A DNA stretch of 64,000 nt from Microbotryum violaceum. Taxonomy: Eukaryota. Location of the stretch: positions 310,001 through 374,000 of the forward strand of contig CDLV01000012.1 of the NCBI GenBank assembly GCA_001244265.2. The letters run 5' to 3'. The first letter of the stretch is position 1. Every line of letters starts with the position of its first letter. Of the stretch, positions 48,608 to 60,200 are shown in pieces. The position numbers and the translations under genes were made by a program. Under the pieces are notes generated by a model. The model ran no database searches, was not told the origin of the DNA, and was given only the letters and a program-made list of their open reading frames with translations.

Positions 48608-48835
48608 ACATTAGTGACCAAATATTGGACTTAGTACATTAGTGACCAAGTATTGGACTTAGTGACATTAGTGACCAAATATTGGCCTTAGTGACATTAG
48701 TGACCAAATATTGGACTTAGTGACTTTAGTGACAGGCGAAAACCTGGTGACATAAGTGACAATAATAAGTGACCGAGGGTCCGACTTTTGTCACCTATTA
48801 GTGACAGGGCCAAAACAATTAGTGACCCAGCCCTA
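48608..48835. repeat. 28-29-bp tandem array (x4 plus partial) with dispersed AGTGAC motifs, ending in a hAT-like terminus. Probable solo DNA-transposon end
   Basis: Unit ACATTAGTGACCAAATATTGGACTTAGT(G). The right end reads TAGGGCTGGGTCACTAA on the minus strand. Confidence 0.7.
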
Positions 48836-49064
48836 GTCGCCAAGGCCTCGACCAAATGCCAAGCGAGCAACTTTGCATTGGGTCACTCGCGTCGCGCGTG
48901 CGGGCGTACACGCCTCTGCCGTCGATTGATCGGCCTAACCTTTTCTGCTGCTCGTGATCGACACTCGGTCAACTCGATCGGTCAACTCTCTCCGGCTCCC
49001 TCCTTTCTTCCTCGTCCCTTATCCTTCAAACTCCCCGTCTAACTTCCCCCATACCTCAACCACC

Positions 49065-51472
49065 ATGAGTGCTCAAGAAGAAGCCAAGAAGCTCGAGCAA
49101 AAATACCGCACCGCCAACTACAAGGCCAATGCCGTGAGTCGGCGTCGTCATCGTCATCGGTGGCCGAATCAAGAAGGCGCTTTATCCGAGTCAAGCCGAC
49201 AAAGCTGACACGTGATTCCACCAATGTTATCAATGCCATCCGTTTAGCGTGGCCTGGGTCGGGAACAAGAGGAGCATCGCAACTACACCATGATGCAAGG
49301 TCAGTAGTCGCAGTCTCTACAGAGGCGGCCTCGCGAGTTCCGCCCTGGAAGTTGCGATTGGGGTATAGATTATCGGCCCCCGGAGCTAAGAAACTGATCG
49401 GACACTCCATTGCTGAACACCAGGTTTCGAATGGTACTCCAAGGGTGGTGGAAAGTTTTGGAACGACTTCAAGCAAAAGTCTAAGAGTCTTGCCGACATG
49501 GGCATCACCGCGGCTTGGCTGCCACGTACGTCCGATTGCCTATCGCTCAAGGGGAGCCTTTCGGTCCTCGAGCTGCACAGCCACGAGGGCTGATCTGCTT
49601 TGCTCCTCCTTCTTTTAAGCTCCCACCAAGGGCCAAAGTCCTGAAGACAATGGCTATGGTGTCTATGATATCTACGAGTAAGTCGCACTTAGCCCTCCAA
49701 TCCTTCGGATTTGCTAAAGCTTCTCCGCCTCGTCTCGCGCTGCAGCCTGGGAGAATTTGACACCAAGGGAGGCAAGGCGACCAAGTGGGGTACAAAAGAA
49801 GAGTATATTGACTGCATTAAGACTTGCAAGAAGAACGGCATCGTCGTGTACATTGGTCAGTCTTCGACTGGCTCGAGGCTTTCTCCTAGTGTGAAAACCG
49901 ACCTGACACGTACTTTCTGCAAACTCCTCTCAGATGCGGTCTTGAACCACAAGGCCGGCGCTGACGAAGCCGAGCCTTTCATGGCCACCGAAGTTGACGA
50001 GAATAACCGCAACCAGGATGTTAGTGGAGCTGTAAGTTTGCCCTGCTGCAGTCGAGACGAGCTGGAAGACAGGATCATGGGTGCTGACCTACCTAGCACT
50101 CGTCGACATAGTACGAGATCGAGGGTTGGACCAAGTTCGATTTCCCCGGTCGTGGTGACAAGTACTCGGATCTCAAGTGGCGCCACCACCACTTCACCGG
50201 TGTCGATTGGGACAATCGTGCCGAGAAGAAGGCCATCTTCAAGATCCAAGGTGAAGGTAAAGGCTGGGCCCTAGCCGTCGATGGCGAGAAGGGCAGTTTC
50301 GACTACCTCATGTTCGCCGACATCGATCACAGCCACCCCGAAGCCCGCGAGGATATCAAGAAGTGGGGCACGTGGATCATCAAGGAGACCGGCGCCGAGG
50401 GTATCCGCTTCGATGCCGTCAAGCACATCGACGAGGGCTTCATCTCCGAGTTTGTCCAACACATTCGCAAGGAGCTGGACAACCCTGACTTGTTCTGCGT
50501 CGGAGAGTTCTGGAAGGACGACATTGGAAGCTTGACCGGCTAGTGAGTCTGGAGCCTTGACTTGTTCTCTGTGTTGGCCTCTCAGCCGGACCGTGCAATA
50601 ACGACGATCTCACATTGCACTCTTTGCAGCCTGGATCGTTTCGGTGACCAATTCAGTTTGTTCGATACCGCGCTCCATTACAATTTCAAGGAGGCGTCGA
50701 CCCGCGGTGGCGACTACGATCTTCGCGCCATCTGGGACGGCACCGTTGTCAAGGACCACCCTATGGATGCCGTCACGCTCGTCGACAACCACGACACCCA
50801 GCCCCAGCAGGCGCTCGAGTCGTGGATCGACCCGACGTTCAAGCCCCTCGCGTACGCCTTGATCTTGTTCCGCGGCGATGGATACCCTTGCGTCTTTGCC
50901 GGTGATCTCTTCGGCTGCAGCAGCGAACCTTTCGTCGAGCCCATGGTAAGGCGGCCACGACGACTTCAACCTGACACCGCTTGTGTTCGAAAGCTGATAA
51001 GCTTATTTTTTTTGCATTTTCAGTCGCAACTTGACGACTTCGTCAGAATCCGCAAGTGCTTCACTTATGGCCCGACCCGAGATTACTGTGCGTCACACCC
51101 GTGCCTGAAAGTCCTCCTGACCTTGTGCGTGTCGACACCCTGACTTCACCATTCATTACATTACATATCGTTCTTTTGGTGCACCACGAATCATCTACAG
51201 GGGACCACCCGCATTGCGTTGGATGGGTTCGTGAGGGCGACGCCGACCATGATGGCTGCGCCGTCGTCATCTGCAACGGCTCCGAGGAAGGCAAGAAGCG
51301 TATGCAGATCCCCGACGGCCACGCGGGCGAAAAGTGGACCGATGTGCTCGGCTGGTACCAAGGCGAGGTCACGATCGGTGATGATGGATGGGCTGAATTC
51401 TCGTGCCACGAGCGATCCGTGTCCGTTTGGGCCAAGGTCGACGCCAAGCATCGCGAGGAGTTCAACAAGTGA
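49065..51472 (+). CDS. Intracellular alpha-amylase, GH13 subfamily 5-like, multi-exon
   Basis: NYTMMQGFEWY, GYGVYDIYDLGEF, region I DAVLNHK, region II GIRFDAVKH, region III VGEFW, region IV VDNHDT, and GYPCVF. No signal peptide. Confidence 0.94.
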
Positions 51473-52897
51473 GCGCGCGCGTGCGTACCGCCCCTACTGG
51501 AAAGGAAGCCATGTCGCGAAATGTATGGAGCGTTTGGTTTCTTGATGTGCTAGACCCGTTTGTTTTCTGTATGCTTCCTGGTACCACAATATATTTGACT
51601 CGTAATGTTTTGGGGCTGTGCTGAGTCCTGCAATAGAAGGTCTCGGACATGTGAACGGTTCTTTTCCTTTCTGGGAGAGGGCAGGAGCCCCTTTTGCTCG
51701 GGGCCTGCGAGGCCGGGGCTGCAGGCCGTGCAATTGGCCAGTGCACACTTAGAATCTTGAAATTCCAATAAGTGCAGGCCTAATTCAACTGGTTCGTGGT
51801 TACAAACTCGGGGGCGGCGCTCACGGCCGAGCGACCGCGAACTTGAGGCGGGCACACTTGCCTCGAATGGTAAGCGCCGCCGCGCACAGCCTGAGTCGAC
51901 TGTCCCACCTGGGCAGGCCCCCTTGTGCGGACGGCGCTGACGCTGGCCGAGCGCAATCAAGCCCGGATTACTTGTTTTGGAGTGTCCGGTCAGGAAACAC
52001 TTGTTGCGGCTTGTGTCCAAGGGCTCACATCTTTTGGGTATGGTCGTGTCTGCTTGGGATCGAGCGACGCAACAGTGATCACTGTGCACAATCAATTGAA
52101 GGCCCCCTCCCGGGCTTCCCCTTACACGGCCCGCAGCTTGTGACGACCGACCGAGCCCTGTCGCGCTTTCGGCGCCGCCGCCCTTCGCGCCCCCGCGACC
52201 GGCACAAGCCCCCTTTCTCGCTTCGCGACGTTCAAATGTCTCAGATCTCACCCTTTTCTGATATGCGTCTCGGTGCACGAGTAACGCTTAAAGACGACGC
52301 TTCTCAAATCTCAAAACGATTCCGACAATCAAGAAACACTTTCGATCCGTTTTGATACATCCTGCCGCGACACCTTTGCGATCCTAATCGGCCGATGCGC
52401 ATCCCACTTGAGAGCTGGGCTATAGGCAGCCTACTCACACATAGGAGGAAAGTACATAATTCACCCCTGTAGCGCACTATTTCAATCTTGATGTCATCGC
52501 CTAGTTTACGAAGCAAGAGTTCGGATTCGCGCGCCCTGCTTTGGCGGATGATCAAAGGCGCCAACGTGCCGGTGAATTTACGTCAGGCGCCACTCAGGGG
52601 CTTAGGGTTGAGCGCCTGGAGCAGGCTGCCTCCCTTCCCTCACGTTTTTACACCAAAAACGGGTCTTTGACAAGTTTAAGCTTTGCATATAATCTTCGTA
52701 ATTGCATGGCTACTTCTTTTGAGTCCAACGTACAGACGTTACCAACCCGAGCCGTTGGGAAAGCAAGCTACAGAAACCCGAAACTAAAGCCCTTCCCGTT
52801 TTAAATTTATTCCTTGTTCCCCATTACATGGTTCGAACCTCAGTTCAGACGTCCGTGCACTTAAAGTCAAGCTGGGAAGCGGGGTAAGATAACATGC

Positions 52898-53883
52898 TCA
52901 TCTTCTTGTCAGAGTGGAAGTACGAAGCACAGCAACTTGAGGTTGTGTCACACCCACAGGAGTTTCGTCGCGGATGTGGGTGCAGTTGTAGACGGGCGTG
53001 ACACCGGCGAACTTGGGGAGTGGCAAGGTCAAGTTGGTGCCGGTCGCACTGATGGACGTGCAGGGGTTGGAGCAGTCAAGGACACCGACAACGTTCTTTT
53101 GCTTTCCACTGGCGGTCCCGGTGACATTGATGTAGGTGACGTCGGAGATGGTCATCAACGAAGGGTTTGCCTCGCAGAACGGCTGCTTGTAGTTGTAGCA
53201 ACTCGTGATGATTAGGGGAGCGTCAACGTTGTTGTTGACAAAGTTCTTGAAGGTGATGTTCTTGACGAAGCCGAGACCTCCACCACTGGCGGGGTCAGCG
53301 AAAGGGCTGTTGGGCCAGACCTGTTACATAGAGAACGAAAAAAATGAATCAGCCAAGTTGGTCTCGCGCGCCCAGCCCACGGCTCTCGGCCCCAGGCAAC
53401 TTACCTTGATGCGGGCACCAGCTTGGGCGTTGGACATGGAGATATTGTAGATGTTGAAGTTCTGGACGATGTCAGTTTGGCCCCTGTATTGTCCGAGCGA
53501 TCCAACCGAAACACCGTGCGAGCCGTTGCAAACCATGTTGCCGATCTCGATCTCGGTCGAGTTGGGCTTGAGTGACACTCAATCGTCACCATTGTTCACG
53601 TTCCAGTTGACGAGCTTGACGCTCGACGATCGGTACACATCGATACCGTCGGTGTTGTAGATGAAGTACTTGGACGCGGACACGGCGTTGATCTTGATGT
53701 TCTGGATCGTGACGTTGTGCGAGTCGGCGTCTGATCACCATGTCCACCACCGTGGACACGGCAGCGACCTGTCCTCGGAGGAAGAGCTGCAACTGCTCGC
53801 TTGTCGATGGGAGCAGGGGCGGCCTGTACTGTGGCAGCCAACAAGGACGCGCCGAGTAAGAGGGTCGAGAAAAAGCCCTTCAT
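52898..53883 (-). pseudogene. GH28 (exo)polygalacturonase pseudogene
   Basis: Signal peptide and KR propeptide, with NTDG, GDD, GSHG and RIK motifs present. A large N-terminal part is missing, there is a frameshift at ~53730, and TGA replaces Cys after GDD (53579-53581). Confidence 0.85.
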
Positions 53884-54777
53884 CACTTTTCGTCTTTGGC
53901 GAGGGTGGGTCGGAAAAGATAAAAAGAGCGAGTGATGGAGGAAAGAAGTGAAGGAGAAAGAGAGAGAGGATCTCGAAAAATACAGTTCAATGAAATGAAA
54001 AACTGACGCGGAACCGGGTGTGGTCACTAAAACCACAGGTATGGAGGTCCGGTCACCCCGGAGAGAGAGCAGGGCCAGTCGAATTTGCGGAGACGAAAAC
54101 TGGAGAAGGTTGGTGCTAAAAAGGGGCCTCGGCGGCGCCGGTCCGGGCGCCGCAAGCCTTGAAAATCGGGCGCAATGCGAGTCGACCACTCCCAGGCCAC
54201 AGTCGCGTGCGTTTTAGCCTGGGTCCCGGATCGACGCATGGCTGACGCCGATCAAGGAGACTCACCGGGTGCTCAGTCTTGAGTCCTGACTCTGGGTCGT
54301 TAGGGCAGGATTCTGGTCTAGTTGCACAGAAAGGGCTCCCCCACACCTCGGGCTAAGCGCGTGCGGAGGCCCTGCTCCTCGTCATGGGCCGGACCCGAAC
54401 GGGCCGACGACCGGCGCGCGCCATAGCACCTCGGATGTGATGGCAAATATTTTGAAGGAATGGTCGCACCGAGTTGAAGCAGTAATACTTATGACATCAT
54501 TCATCCCCATCTTCTCCTTGAAGCGAGGATGGAATCGCGTTGGAAAATAACAAAACCAGAGATCGTTGCGAATCACGATTTTCCGGTGGTCACGTTCTTC
54601 AATCTTTCCCACTTATTTGATTTAGCAAAGCAGCTGCTTCGGTTTTAGCGAACTCCTGATTCTGTCGACGTTGGAAGAGCGAGGGCGACGGTATCGGAGT
54701 CATGGTACCAGAAGCTACTTGGCAATCTCCTTCCTAAACAAAGCTACACAGGGAGAGGAAAACGGGCTGTGCGCACT

Positions 54778-56769
54778 TCACTTGGTCGCCCGGCTAAGTT
54801 CGACATTCGCGAGCTCGGCAGTTCGAAAGACCCACATCCCAGGTAACAAGTCCTCCCCAATCCTTCCGAGTGTACCCTCCTCTTCGACAACGGTTTCGAT
54901 CGTCGCTATCCCCAACTTGGCCGCTTCCGACTCGATCCTCCTCCGTTTGGGCTCTTGCCTCTCCGCTTCGTTCTCCCACAGATGTGGCACCTCATCAACG
55001 ACAACGGTCTGGCTCCTCGTCGCTTGGGTTTGTTTCCACACATGAGGGATGTTGGTCTCGGGTTCGTAGATCCCTCGTAGCGGATTGTAAACCCTGACCC
55101 TTCGTCTCCTCTCGGGCCCGGCATCCATCCTCTCTTCACCCGTCTCCTCATCGCTAGGCACATCCTCCTCCACTTCGAGCCATGCATCCTCTTCGCGATC
55201 GCCAATCAACCCGCTAGGGTTCAAATGCACTTGTCCGACATTGGCTCGGCGAATGTTGCTTAGTTCGACATCTTGGCGTCGTACAGCTTTAGCGTATTCG
55301 AGCATCCAAATTTCCATATTCAGATGAGCTGGCGGTCGGGCCTTTTTAGCCGTAGGGTCCCACGTCTTGGCGAAAGGTTGCAGACCGATCCCGCCGAAGG
55401 TCGTTCCACCTCCTGCGATGGAAATGTATTCGTCGCGTGGGGCGGATCGCTTCGTCGAGGTTGAAGTCGAGGTCGTCGTGGTTGCTGGGGCAGCGGCCGA
55501 GGCGCTGGCGCTGGCTGCGGCGGTTTCGGCGTCAGTCGGTTCGACTGGGTCGTTCGAGGCTTGTTCTCCAGGTTGATGGCCTTCGGCAAGGGCCTTGTCC
55601 TCGTCTGTAGGGCGAGGGCAGCAAGGGTCGGATCTGGGTCAGCTTTCGCCCTGCCTCCAGAGCTTGGACGCTTTCGAGGCTCACAATAGTCGTCGAATAC
55701 GTATTTGCCGTCTGTGAATGAGAGCAATCAAGAACCAAAAGATGAGTACGGCACTCAAACAAAACGGGACATCTCATTGGTTTGCTCTACTCACTCTTGA
55801 TGAACTCTGCTCCGAGGACCTTGAAGACGTTCCGCGCGGTGACCATGGTGACGATCCTACTCTTCATGCTCAACGATAACTTGCCTTCCGCGATCAGCTT
55901 GTCCTTTTCGGCTTGGCCGATCGTGATTTTGTGGACGGTAGGGTGCCGACGGAAGAAGTAGAGCGAGTCGCGGAAGCCGGCGGCGCGGGCGGTGTCGATG
56001 GAGAACATGTAGAGCTTTTTGGGATTGGGTCGCATCGATGAGGTGAAGGCTTTGGTTTTGTATTGTCGACCTGCAGCGCCGACGGAATGAGATGTGAGAT
56101 CACACCTCGTGCTCCTGTCCAGCGCGGTGGGACTCACCTCCGAGCAAGTTGCCGAGTGCGTCTACTTTGGCGTCACCTCTCGGGTCATCATCGAGCATCA
56201 ACTCGTCGTTCGAGATGGTGTAGACTTGGCCTTTGATCACCTGCGTGATCGTGATCGTGCGCGAGCGTTGTTAGCGTGGCGGTCGAGGGGAGCGGCCCGA
56301 TGAGAGCGCGTGTCCGATGCTCTTCAAGGTGCACGAACGCATCAGTACTGACCTTTGTCTCGAGCTCTTTGCGCTTGTGAAAGTTGATCGCTTTGCTCCT
56401 CCTGACATTGTCCGACAGGGCGGGGGTAGCTTGACCCGAGTTGATGGGGTCAAGATCACTATCGTTGATCTCGGCGGGCTCCTGATCGTCCTCATCCTGA
56501 TCGTCCTCATCCTCGTCATCGTCCTGTCCATCATCGTCGTCGTCGCCGTCGTCGTCATCATCGTCATCGCTCGCGATGGGTGTAGCACTGTTGGTCGTGG
56601 TCGTGCCGCCGGTGGTGACCCTCAACGAGCGACGTTGGTCCGGGTTGAAAGTCGAGGTCGAACGTTGACGAGTCGAACGAGAGCCTTGGTCGTGGGTGGA
56701 GGTGCCTCGGGGTGTGTACGATCGTCCGTAGGTCTCGTCTTCGTCTTCTGAATCGTAGACGGCGGGCAT
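54778..56769 (-). CDS. NPL6: Chromatin-remodelling complex subunit Rsc7/Npl6/Swp82 family, multi-exon
   Basis: DDPRGDAKVDALGNLLGGRQY, LYMFSIDTARAAGFRDSLYFF, VTARNVFKVLGA and DDYYE. Acidic N-terminus. Confidence 0.88.
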
Positions 56770-57236
56770 GCTGGCGGGTGCGCGGATCGGCGGCGGTGGT
56801 GGGACGCGCTCAGTGTGGCGGCAACGTGACCACTTAAGAGTGGAGAGCCGAGGCGTGGTGTGTGTTGAGGGTGGGACCGATCGACGATCGTCGCAGAGTG
56901 GGTCGCAGAGTGGGTGCACTCGTCGTCAGCTCGGACAAAAAGAAAGGCACAAAGGCAATGAAAAGTTTTCGAAAGCGCGTCGCGTAGCAATTTGACGCGC
57001 TTCGACCACGCACAGGAAGGCAGTAGTAGGAAAGGAGTAGTAGGAAGGCCCCGCTACTAATAGTAACTGCCCCGCTCGTAGCTGCTCGTCCAGATCGCAC
57101 GAACAGACCGTGCCCAGCCTCAGGACCGTCGTGGGCTCCACCACCCGAGGTCCTTCCTATTCTGGTGCTTTGACCCCTCCGCCTTCCTGGACATCCCTCA
57201 CCATGAGTGCTCGGCTCTGAAACGCTGACTCGGTCG

Positions 57237-60200
57237 ATGGGTCCCTTTAGCAACCCTCTGCGGTCGACGCATGTGGGTACGGCCTCTACCTCGGCAGCCC
57301 CAACGTCAACGTCGCTCAAGTCGTCGTCGTCGCCTGCGCTGCGCTCACCGTCACCTTCGTCGACTTCGGCTTTCCAGCACGAGCAGCACCGCGCACGGTC
57401 TGCATCGCTCTCGTCGCCTTTGTTGGGGTGGATCACCGGTAGATCACCTACCAAAGGGGAGAAACTACCCAGTGATCAACTGCTCGAGCTTACGAGGTGC
57501 GTGGCCCATCAGCTCCGATCGTTGAGGTCGTGGCCAGTCCGCGCCTGTTCGAGGCCATTCGGTGCTCTATCTTGACGAGCTTGATCACCGAGCGCGCCTC
57601 AAAGCACTACCCATCTCGTGCTGAATCCGACTTGATCTCGGTCCGGTAAACAGATTCGCTCACAAGAAAGTCTGGATAGACGAAAAGATCAACGTCCGTC
57701 CCATTCGCACCCATCACCCCACACATCCGAGCTGACTTTCTCTCTTCTTCCCGTCCATTTCGGAGCGAACAGTTTCTCGCTTCTCTCCCGCCGATCAATG
57801 TCACGGCCCCTGCACCGCCGGAGCCTTCGACGACGACGGCTGAGCAATTGGAACAATGGTGGACCGAACATGATCGTATAGAAGAGCAAGTGCAGCAGTA
57901 CGACATGGGTGATCTCGCCCATCTCAAACGACTCGCCAAAGGTCAGCTCTTCTCCGGGCTTTGAGCAGGTGGGTAAGTCACTTTCGCAGTGCTGACGGCG
58001 ACGAAACCATCTTTGGGCACGCAGAGGCGAGTCAAAAGGCCATGTCACCCAAAGACACGGACTTGATCGAGATCACCTTGACCACGCTCTTTGCCGTCGA
58101 CAAGTTGCTCAGTCTGCTCAAGAACAGGAGAAAAGCTTTGACCTTGCTCGATCATCGTCTCCAGTTGAGTTCTTCGGTCGTTCTGTTGGCCTGGGGAGAA
58201 CTTTCACCGACATTATACCATTACATGTACCCCACAGATGGGAATCCCAAGTCCAGCAATGTTGGCAATCGCATCGAACGATCCTTGCGGACGTGCCTTC
58301 CTTCCTCTCCAAATCGCGCTGGACCGTCCCACCCACCTCGGCACCTGCCCTCGTATCTCCGACTTCACCGACCACCCGCTCGTTCCCGCTCGATCGTCGC
58401 TCCTCGATCCTTCTCCCCTCCTCCCATCCTTCATCCTCCTCCCTCAACCGTACCCTCCGAACCGACACCCTCTCCCTCTCCCTAGCCACCTTCAAATCCC
58501 GTCTCTACGAACTCTCGCACCAACTCCTCCCCGAATCCGCCTCGACACTCGATCAATTGATCGATAACACGCCCGAACCTTTACCCGATGGTTTTCTGGA
58601 CGAACAAGATCGGTTGGAGGATCGGATCGAATTGGAAACGCAAGGGTTGGAGATGTTCTTGATCGAGATGAAGGCGCAGTGGGTGGTCGCGGATTCGATT
58701 TGGGACGGATTGGGAATCACGCTTGGGATGTTGGAGAAGGCGAGGGAAGGAGTACTTGCAGCTGCGGAGGAGGGGGGAAGGATCGGAGGAGTTGAGGAGT
58801 TGTTGAGGAACGCTAGGACGGGGTGGGAATTGGGCAGGAATCGATTCCGAGGCGAACTCATCATGCCCAACCATCCAACCGTACACGACCAAGCGGACGA
58901 GAACAAGAGGTTGTCGCGCACGTTCGAGAGAGCGATTCGTAAGATAGAGGCTGAGCTTTTAGAAGTCGAGACCTTGGTGGGAGAACATAAGGGGGCTGTT
59001 GAGGTGCTGAGGAGGGCCGATGAGATGGGACAAGAGCTCGAGCGGGTCACAGTCGCGCTGGATGGCTTTGTGGAGGCTGAAAGGGGTTTGAGTGGGAGAC
59101 CGGATTTGGACGATGTGAAATGCTTGGATCTCGATGCGACGGGGTTCGAAAGCATTCAAGAAGGCTTGACGAGCAAGGTCAAGGTCGATTCGTTGGATCC
59201 TTTGCCGACTTCGGTTCAAAGTGTCAATTCGGTCATTGTGGATCTAGGCAAGTTACCGACGAGGTTCACCACGTCGAAAGAGGTTCGCAAGTCGATGAAG
59301 GCGCGCTTGAACGATCTCACGGAGGGTCGGACTCGAGTCGAGAAGGTTTTGCGACTGGCCCAGGAGAGCAAGAAGTGCTTGAAGGCCGCGCAGAACCTGA
59401 GCAGCGCGACAAAGGAATGTATAGCGCTCGTCGAGGGGGTCAAACAGAGGTTCTCGAAGAGCATAGAAAACGTCAAGTGGCACCCGTCTCGATCATCCCC
59501 TTTGGCACCGAGTGAGGGTTCTGTCGAGTTGCGTCTGGCACTTACGCAGGTTAACGTACAAATCGCAAAGCTCGTTCCACAGCCCTTCGAAGTCGCGCGG
59601 GAATGCCTCGCCACACCTCATCCGGGGCTGTACCAGCACCTCGCTTCCCTCGTCGATGAATTGCACGATCGATTGGACGAGCTCAGGAACTTGGATGCGA
59701 CGCTGGAGAGCGTGGAGAGCCAAACCGCTGCGGTTGAGGGGATCGTGCAAGAGCTCAAGGAGGCAGAAGCCGAACTGGAAGCCATTCGAGTGGAGATTGC
59801 TTCGCGAGGGAACGAAACGAACGTCGAAGAACTTGCTCAATTGGGATATCGACTGGGCTCAGAAATCGATCGAGTCGAGCAGCGTATCGTAACCATTTCG
59901 GATGGAATCCACGAACGAGTCACCTTCTTGTCGACCCGTTATGAAGCGAAGGAATTAGCAGAACAAGACTCAGTCGTACGGCAGGGGTTGAACGAAGCGG
60001 TCGTGCGGAGTCGGGCGGCTGTGGTGGAGGTACGGGGGAGGCTGGAGATGCTAGGGTATCGACGTGAAGGCTTGATATGGGATGGGCAGCATGGGAAAGC
60101 TGCGGGTGACTTGGATGCTTTGCGAGTTCGGCTCGATCAAGCGCAACGGGATTTCAGTGCAAGAAGCACTGATGACCCAGGTGGGTGTGCAGATCGCCCC

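Noticed and set aside
48608-48733. CRISPR-like array of ~29-bp repeats
   Set aside because: The units are head-to-tail with no unique spacers, there are no cas genes, and the context is eukaryotic.
52830-52842. GGTTCGAACC B-box or tRNA
   Set aside because: No cloverleaf, acceptor stem or A-box around it.
53579-53581. TGA at a Cys position read as selenocysteine or recoding
   Set aside because: The same gene has a deletion and a frameshift, and TGA is an ordinary stop in neighbouring genes. A nonsense mutation is simpler.
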